A stretch of 64,000 nt of DNA from Hormiphora californensis (Eukaryota > Animalia > Ctenophora): contig CM035356.1 in assembly GCA_020137815.1 (NCBI GenBank), positions 7,936,001 to 8,000,000 on the forward strand, written 5' to 3'. Each line of letters opens with the position of its first letter. Position 1 is the stretch's first letter. Shown here in pieces: positions 38,917 through 64,000 of the stretch. The translations under genes and the position numbers were made by a program. The notes below the pieces were generated by a model. The model ran no database searches. It was not told the origin of the DNA and saw only the letters and a program-made list of their open reading frames with translations.

Positions 38917-40862
38917 TAGCTACTCTATAACCATTCCTATGTTGTCAGCTCTTTAACCCTCTTTAACGATGTTGTTGAGTAAGGGGAGAACCTGTTTGCT
39001 TGTTATTCTCAGTTACTATTTCTCTGTTAGAATTATGTCATCCCCCAATTTAACGGAGATACAGGGGGTAGGAAATCAGTCGGAACACCTTGCCGATCAT
39101 CAAGTTGAGAGTAACGATAAAGAAAGCGTTGAAATGTGTTCTGGAGATGTGGTGGATATGGGGGTAGACAAAGTACCCGTTAGGGTGGAGCAGTCAGAGG
39201 AAGGAAAACCAGAAATGGGGATTGTAGAGCGGCGCCTTCAGACTCTTAAGAAGCGGTTGAGTGGGTTACTGTTACTTGATAGTGATAGTGAGGGGGATAG
39301 ACCATCCCACATCAGCGAGGATGCTGCTGAGGGTGGTAGTTGATGGCCGTAGTATCCAGGATGATATGGGAGGCAGCAACACGGGTACGTTTATTGAGAA
39401 GGAGGGTAACTACTCAGTACTTATGGAGAGGTTAGGTGTTGGAGAGATGCCAAGTCCACCTCCTACACCAGTCAACTCTGTAACACCACCTCCTCCCCCT
39501 CCTGCTGATTTCTCATGTGATCCAGAGATAACTGAGGCGCTAAATGCGATGAGGAACTCCTTGAAAGTATGCAGCCATGCATGGGTCATTACATAGTTTG
39601 GAAACATCATCAATTTCCAGCATTTTAGAGACAAGCTTTATATCCAGCATTTTTAGTGTAGAATCGTGCATGAATTGCCAGCAAGCATTTTAGAGGGGAG
39701 GTGTTCATAAGAGAGAGAGAGGGAGGTGTTCTTAAGGAATACCGATGCTTGTGAAGGGGTTTTAAAAACCAAACTCACTTTAAACTTGGCCACTGATCAT
39801 GTTATAGCTAATTAATTCACGTGACTTCAACTTGATTACCATATGAGACACCGCGGGGCAGATATGAGTTTATAATCTGACATGAGATTGGAAACTGGCT
39901 GAGAAAATTGGTATGTTTCTGGTGAGATGTTAATGAGATCTTCAGCTTCTTGAAGAGGAAGTTTCTAGAATCTAGTGGAAGGAAATTATTACAGACATTC
40001 CCTCTCAGTTCATATTTACTGAGAGGGAGTTGAGGACAATATCTAATTCGTTACTTGGTGCCAAAGCCATGAAAACCCAGAAAACTGCCGTGTGTTCATT
40101 TATAATCCCCCTATAATTCTGAGTGAGCCATTGTATTTAGTGAGGGTTTGATATGTATTCTATTGTCTGCTCATGTATAAGAATGCTGTAAAGCTGTGGA
40201 GCAGGCTGATTAATAAACTCAACATTCTGGTGACAATAACTCTCCCCAAGTTCTCTCTCTTTTTTTCTTTCTCTCTGTCTCTTTATTTTTGTCACGGGGT
40301 CACCTCATGTGCATATGTGCATCTAGTTGTTGTCTTGAAACAAAGAGGAGCCAAGAGTGAGAAGGGTATGCCACCGAGGATAGTCGGGTTAATCAAAGTG
40401 CGAGAGGGAGAGAGCTGAGAGAGAGAGAGAGAGGGATAGATCAAAAAGCGAAGGAGAGAGAAAAATGGGGAGGAGTGATAGAGGGGGTAGGGAGTGATGA
40501 GTACTCATTCGACCGACTCATTTAGTTTATATACCCTCTCTCTCACTATAGTGGTTGATGACGCCCCCTTTTTTAGCCCCCACTATCAAGCTTGCTATGT
40601 AATGCTGAAACCCTGTGTAATGCTTGTTATACGATCGCTACCTGAATCTAAGCAGCCCAAGAAAGGGTCTTTTTTTTCTGATTCTGGCACTAGCAGAGCA
40701 AAGGAATTTATTTTAAGGACAAGCAAGGGACCGTATCGAGAGCTATTGTCTTTGCTTGGCGGCATCCAATAGTCGGACTACCTTATGGATATAGAAATAG
40801 CCACGTGTACGTGCAAAAAAAAGAAAAAGTAATTATTGTTTCCCCCGCCGGTTCAGGGTGCT

Positions 40863-42431
40863 ATGGCAGAAGGAGTTGTGATAGAGAATGTAGCTGTGGA
40901 TCTCCACACGCTAGAACAAAATGGAGCAGCAAGAAATGTGGACAGTCCTCAGCCTAAAATGGTTTTTATATTGGCGGGGTACAGAGAGAGACAGAGACAC
41001 ACAGACATACATAGATACAGACAGAGATACAGACACAGACACAGACATACCAGCACAGACACACAGACATCTTAACAAGTATCCTCCTCTCCTTATCCAG
41101 GTCAGGGAATACCAATACTACGAGAAAGACTGGAGAGGTTTATTCAGAGCGGCACTGGCAGAGCTGGTTGGTACCTTCTTCCTGATCCTGATCTGTGTGG
41201 GAAGTGCCAACAGCAGGGTCTTGGGAAACCTCAATCACAGCACCACGTTAATCAAGTTTGGACCAACTTACTATCTCAGCATTGCCCTTGCTTTCGGTCT
41301 TGGTGAGTTTCTTCTGAAGTTAATTGTTGAATAAATTATCCGCGGCTATTGTTGTTGATTGTGATATTTACAAATTACAATATTTTGGTTTAGGGTGATT
41401 GACATTGTTTGTTCAGGGTGCAGTAACTGACAACTATCCCACAGGTATCGGTGGGATTGTCCACATTATCTCCAAGACAAGTGGAGGGAATATCAATCCC
41501 GCTGTTTCCTTTGCACTCTTCCTTGACAGGAGGATTAGCCTCCTGAGAATGGCTGTGTATATTGTCGCCCAGTTTATTGGAGGGTTCATTGGTGCAGGTA
41601 ACTGGAGTCATGCTATCCTTCTCCCCTTTCTTTACCTCGTTGTCAGGTTCTATCACTACCTAGCTCTGTCATAGCAAATTGGTCTGACCCTACTATCATT
41701 TCTTTTAAATGTTCTGCACGCGAGAATCGTTGCCTGACAGCTATCTAAATAACTCCCGCCCTGCATTTCGACGTAACCCCTCCTCCTCCCAGGTGTCCTT
41801 TACCAACTGGGCTCCCAAAGCGCTCTAGCCTCATCAATCTCTGGTGGGAACAACTATGATACAACATTCACTAATGCTGGCCAGGCCTTTACATTCGAGG
41901 CATTTGGTACCATGTTTCTTATTCTGACCATCATGGCAACTATTAACGAGGACCGAGCATACACCCCATCATACCTACAGCCCCTCTCCATTGGGGTGGC
42001 TATATTCGTTATCCATGTCTGGCTGGTAGGTTTTGTATTCACTTCAAGTTTTGAAGTTTTGGTAGTTGTGATGCTGTATCCCCCTTCTCTTTCTCCCAGT
42101 CACACAACTCTCAAAGCACCCTCTTCTTTCAGATCCCCTACACTAACTGTGGCATCAACCCGGTGAGGGGGACAGTGTGGAACATTGTTATAGGACAGGC
42201 TGGATACCACTCCTTTGTAAGTTATCAGATATATTGTTACCCAGTTATACTGTCTCACATTCTGTTACGTTATCTAAATTTAATAGTAGAAGATAGTAGT
42301 ACTATCTGCAATCGTGTTTTTAAACCGTTTCCATCTCTTTACAATCATGTTGTCCCTGTCAGGTGTTCTTGTTTGCACCATTTGTTGGATCTGCCGTGGG
42401 TGTTCTCCTCTTTAACCTTCTACTTACCTGA
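40863..42431 (+). CDS. AQP: Aquaporin (MIP family, classical water-channel type), 6 exons
   Basis: Exons 40863-40961, 41101-41302 (AELVGTF..ALAFGLG), 41446-41597 (SGGNINPAVS..AQFIG), 41793-42025 (FEAFGT..IHVWL), 42132-42216 (TNCGINPVR), 42363-42431 (APFVG). Confidence 0.93.
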
Positions 42432-45400
42432 TAATGGATACCATTACTACCCCTACTTATGGATACCATCACCCTGATACTATTTCCACTCCGAGATGTT
42501 TTCAGAGTGCCATTCTGAACTGAAGTTATTGTATATCATGATCTATATTTTATTCATCTCACTGGCGGCACCAATCCAACCGTACTGTCAGGAGAACTTA
42601 TTGGGGACTGGGGAGGCGATGCATGAAAGATGTTGATAGAGGGCATATTTTGCATTATGTGGTAGAATTATATTGATATAGTACTGATTACTGGACCTGA
42701 GTTTGAGATTCCATTATATGTGTTACTGTAACACTAACTTTACCTGTAAACGTGTAACCTGACATGTTCGATTTTATTTGTCTTTGTCGACAGATTCCGA
42801 TACGATTATGGCAATATCCTTGTTTTATTTCTATGGTGTACAATTTGCTAACTTATTGAAAACACAGAGGAGCGTGAAGTGCCCAAAACAGCACAGTGGC
42901 CCTTGTCAGAGCATTAATGTTGCGCGCAAATCAGTGCCGCGCAATAAAACTTACTGAGCTGCGCGTGCTTGTTCTTTATGAGCGCGCACTAAAATTCGAA
43001 GTTTTGATCAACTTTTCGTCACTTTTTGTTTTTCGCTCTTTGCTTCGTTTCAAATTTTTTGCTCGTCTTGAAATCTGAAAAACATTACCTATCCCGTACT
43101 GGGGGGTTCGGGTGAACTGAGTATTAGGGGCTGCAGTGTACGCAGTATGTAAGTTCGAAGTTGAACTTTAATTTCATAGATTGCCTTTGAAATTGAACCT
43201 ACAATTTCCAAATTAAGCTACAATAACATTTCATTTTGTTGTTATGCTATCTCATCTAACAGTTTAATTTGACTATTTAAAGCCACTGCTAATTTCGTCG
43301 AGTGCTAATTGGTCTGTTTTTTCTTCTTTAAAATATCAATTCTTCTAAAATTCCGATTCGGTTCTTATGAAAAATTTCCAAGTTCCCATCTGAGAAAAGC
43401 CATCTTATAACATATCGTGTTTTGTTTATGGTCTGACATTTGTTTTAGTTTAATCAGTTGGAACCACTAAAGCATGATATTTTAGATACATTTCAGATTT
43501 ACTGCCCCATTACATCGCCTCCAGCAGCATTGTATCCTCGGTAACGCTATTCACTGACAGTGTGTTCCTTTTTCGTTGTAAAGTACCAACTTCCAACAGA
43601 CTTATATTTTGAGAAGTTTAATATTTTACACAGAGTTGCACATTACAGTCTACATAATTACTTGTTAAATACCTTTTAAACATGTATCCAGTATCTGGAT
43701 ATGGTAAATTAAACCCATGCTCTTTCTTGTCTGTTTTCCATAATTTAGAGAAACTAGGCAACACACTGAATCAACGTCCACTTCGAAGTTCAACTCTGTC
43801 TTTTAATAGGGATGCTGTTAATGTTGGTTGACGCTTTTCTTCAGAACATATTGATAACATGTGCTATCATACTCATTACTCGCTTTTTGTTTTCTTAGAA
43901 ATTGTGCCAATGTATTTACAAGCTTGAATCTTGTTCAACAAAGTGTTATGGAAGTGGAACTAGAGGGTTCTGTTATACAGAGTCCTTCTTTACTGTTTAT
44001 TACATGTTGCATTACTTCACATTTCAACAACACATGATTTGTAACTAGTTTTATTATGTAGTTTATTAGTTGTTATTATTGTTGTGTTTAGGTTATGGCG
44101 AGAGTTACGTAGATGACGAATTCCACGCCATTTGTAAGTACATAATATTATCATGATTATGCTCTCCACTCCTCACACCCTCCTTGTCCCCCATTACTCA
44201 CTAATGAAAGTGTCCCGTGTCCCGATCTACTGAACATTGTCGTTATTTGAACTTGTTTTGAGCTATATCGTCTTGCTTATCACTCTTCTATCTCTCCCTC
44301 CTCTCTTTTTCCCTTTCTCTTCCGCTCTCACTTTTTCTCTCATTCGCTCTCACTTTTTCTCTCATTCGCTCTCACTTTTTCTCTCATTCGCTGTCTCCCT
44401 TCCCTATATTGCTCATATAATTGTACACACATTACACAGTATTGCAAACGACACTCTGTTTTAGTAGTACTCAGTAGTATAGTACTCACATAAGTCATAA
44501 CACCCTCTGAATACTTTGCCCGAATGTCAAACTTATCACCTGTAATTGGCGACTGCCCAAGTTGTGTGATACCAAGTTAAGTACTGGGTTATTAGTTTCA
44601 CCTGCTAGATACAAAACCGATATTTATTCTTCAAACCTTTCTAGGCTGCCTGGAAAGGTTTTGAAGGTTATATACCAGTTTTGTACATTATCAAGTCTCA
44701 GCCCTCAGGAATTGTAGTGAAATGTCTGAACCCGGCTTGATCTTCTTTGACCACCATTCTTCTCCTGTGTCGTACCTGGGTGGAACCCACAAGGATCGCA
44801 AAGTGATTTCACAGGCACTATGAGAGTACCATTGAACTGTACCATTGAACTGTACCATTGAACTGTACCATTGATGTACCGAACCATCACAGTGATTGCC
44901 TTGCTCAACCCTCTTTCCGTGTGCTCCGGAACATAACAATGACGGTGTGAGCCGCTGTACCATTGTTAGAACCTTCGTAGATAAGAGTTGCACTTGACTT
45001 TGTTTATTGTTACAGAATGTCATGCAGTATTTCACGTTATCATCTACCCTCTATAACTCTCTTTCTCAATAAATGAACGCCATAGAGTACCGAGTCTCAT
45101 AATATAGGTGGAAATGAATCGAAATATTTCTATGTTCTGCAACTCAAAAACTTCTCTAGTTTTTCTAATACAGCTACACCGTGCCTATATTCCGACACAA
45201 TCTCACGAACTCCGTTTTGTACTTGGTGTTATTCATTTATCCTTGTCTATCAGTATCCATTATCTAGCGGCTCCCGTTGTCTGTTTATCCAAACATAACG
45301 AAATTCCTCCGCTTTTTCTCCGTCCTCCGTTTACATTGCTAGTAAGAGGTCTACTCACATATGCGTTACGCGCGAGGGGACATTACTGTTGGTAGCATTT

Positions 45401-45652
45401 GCCGTGCGCGCGGCCTTCCTCCCGCTGCCAGTGAAAGTGACCCGTATCCCGATCTCTCCCCTCCCTGGAGGGAACGTCCAGGACCCTGACCACCAATCAG
45501 GAACCCAAGACCCTCTCCAACTGATATTTCACCTCATAACTATCCGAGCTGTTGGTAGAGTCACTAACTGACATCCCTCCCCCACACAGCTTGTTTGTTA
45601 GTATCCCCTCTGGCTCTGATCCAAATCTCACAGCCCCATTAATTTCAGGAGG

Positions 45653-62466
<16,814 letters not shown>

Positions 62467-62561
62467 ACACTGAACACATGTGGAGAGATGATGTTGTTCC
62501 CAGCTGATGATATCGCACTATATTTTTACCCGAAACTGTTTTTATCTGTACAGATTACCAA

Positions 62562-62711
62562 GCACTGCCTGACCTCTTCAATTCAGGCACTACCTGACCT
62601 CTTCAATTCAGGCACTACCTGACCTCTTCAAGTGTTGCCAGGCACTGCCTGACCTCTTCAATTCAGGCACTACCTGACCTCTTCAAGTATTGCCAGGCAC
62701 TACCTGACCTC
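62562..62711. repeat. ~25-bp tandem repeat in the BET 3' UTR
   Basis: GGCACTACCTGACCTCTTCAATTCA-like unit, about 6 copies. Confidence 0.8.
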
Positions 62712-64000
62712 CAAAACATTGCCCTTGCAAATGAACAGCATCTCTGATATTGTATGCTGCTAGTAGTGCTCTAAAGAGAGACTTTCCCGGAGAGCACAGA
62801 TATATCTGATGACTCGTAGAATCCCCCCCCCCCCCCCATGATCCCTGACAATAACTTTAGAACTCTCTTTTTGTGTGTACGAGTGAACTGTATTAGTGTA
62901 TCAGTATGTTTTTGAGTGATATTTAGACTCAAAGAAACATACACAATGCGATATATAAAAAAACGTTTAAAAACTAGGTTTATTTATTTTTTTGGTGTTT
63001 GCCACAGTCTATGAAAACTGAACTTTTTGAGTTAGCCCCCCGTGTTAGCACACTGAAGAAGAACTTTCTTCTACCATTCTTTGTCGAAAAAGGTTTGACT
63101 CAAAGAGAGAAAGAGATTTTGAATATATTCTGAAGTACTGCAAATTGTTCGATCAGCCAGGCTACTCCGCCCGGCTGATAGTTGTTGTGTTGCATAACCA
63201 ACCGAGAGAGAGAGAGAGAGAGAGAAAGAGAAGAGACCCCGTTTTTACGATAAGAATTGTGTGTGATGTATTATGTTATCTATATCGGAAAATCCCGTAT
63301 TATATTTCCAATATGTCATCTGAAAGTTTTTCTTTTTTGCAAAAGGCCTCAATTATATTTCATCTTAACTATGTATTAGGTATTGAAATGAAGTAACTCT
63401 TCCCACCAGTAAAATGCACCTTGTTTTATGTGTAACAAGAACTTGATGGGTAAATTTAGATGGTAAATGCCATGGTGCAATTTTGGCACGCGCAAAAGTA
63501 TTTTTGATAGTCGCGCGCGCCGCGCAATTAAACAAAAGTTAATTTTCAAAACAAAAAAGATCTCGTCTCGAACCTTTTTTATCCCGAAATCTTAGAAAAT
63601 TTAAGGGGTCCATTTTCCGGGAAAGTGCAGCCCCTCGACGCTGCTTGCGGGGGCTCCACCCTCTACACCCCGCCGGGGCTGTGCCCCTGGACCCCGCTTA
63701 TGGGGGGTTTCACCCCCCCCTGACGGCTGACCCCAGACCCGGGCTGCCGCCCAAGGCCCCTCGACGCCGGACGCACAGGTACGCGCTGGGCCGAAGGCCT
63801 AGCGACATCCCTGATTTTCCCATATAAAGACGCAGATAATAAAATAGTGGACTACAGCGTATGACAAAGTCATAGGGAAATCATCAATTACCAAAAGAAC
63901 TCTGGACTACCATGCCAAAGTATCCCCGGTCCTGGCACCGCTCTGGCCCAGAGTCTGGGACACCTGAAACAGCTAACGGCTTATTGGATACTTACAGTGT

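Overview
Intron-rich animal genomic DNA, probably a marine invertebrate; I cannot confirm the species. All translations and splice models below were read by hand. Left third: a Ty1/Copia (GalEa-like) LTR retrotransposon on the minus strand (2558-26758, 5-bp TSD TAATA, intact 1411-aa gag-pol, 361-bp LTRs that look identical). Its 5' LTR is split by an 18,865-bp DNA transposon (7675-26539) with imperfect 21-bp TIRs and a 9-bp TSD (GAATCTGAC). That insert carries two heavily spliced minus-strand genes missed by the ORF track: a DUF6589/Academ-type DDE transposase (with a C2H2 finger and a ladder of IQT/LC8-like repeats) and a RecQ-family helicase, so it is an AcademH-type element. Middle: an unidentified spliced gene with about 39 tandem copies of one 3' splice site in an intron, several MITEs, and an aquaporin gene. 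Right third: a BET bromodomain gene (BD1-BD2-ET-SEED). Its 9.7-kb intron within the ET domain holds three antisense, intronless SPOP-like MATH-BTB paralogues with divergent MATH and near-identical BTB halves, a truncated LINE, a duplicated host splice donor and a 21-bp-phased array of RFX X-box-like motifs. Several single-base frameshifts in homopolymers look like assembly errors.
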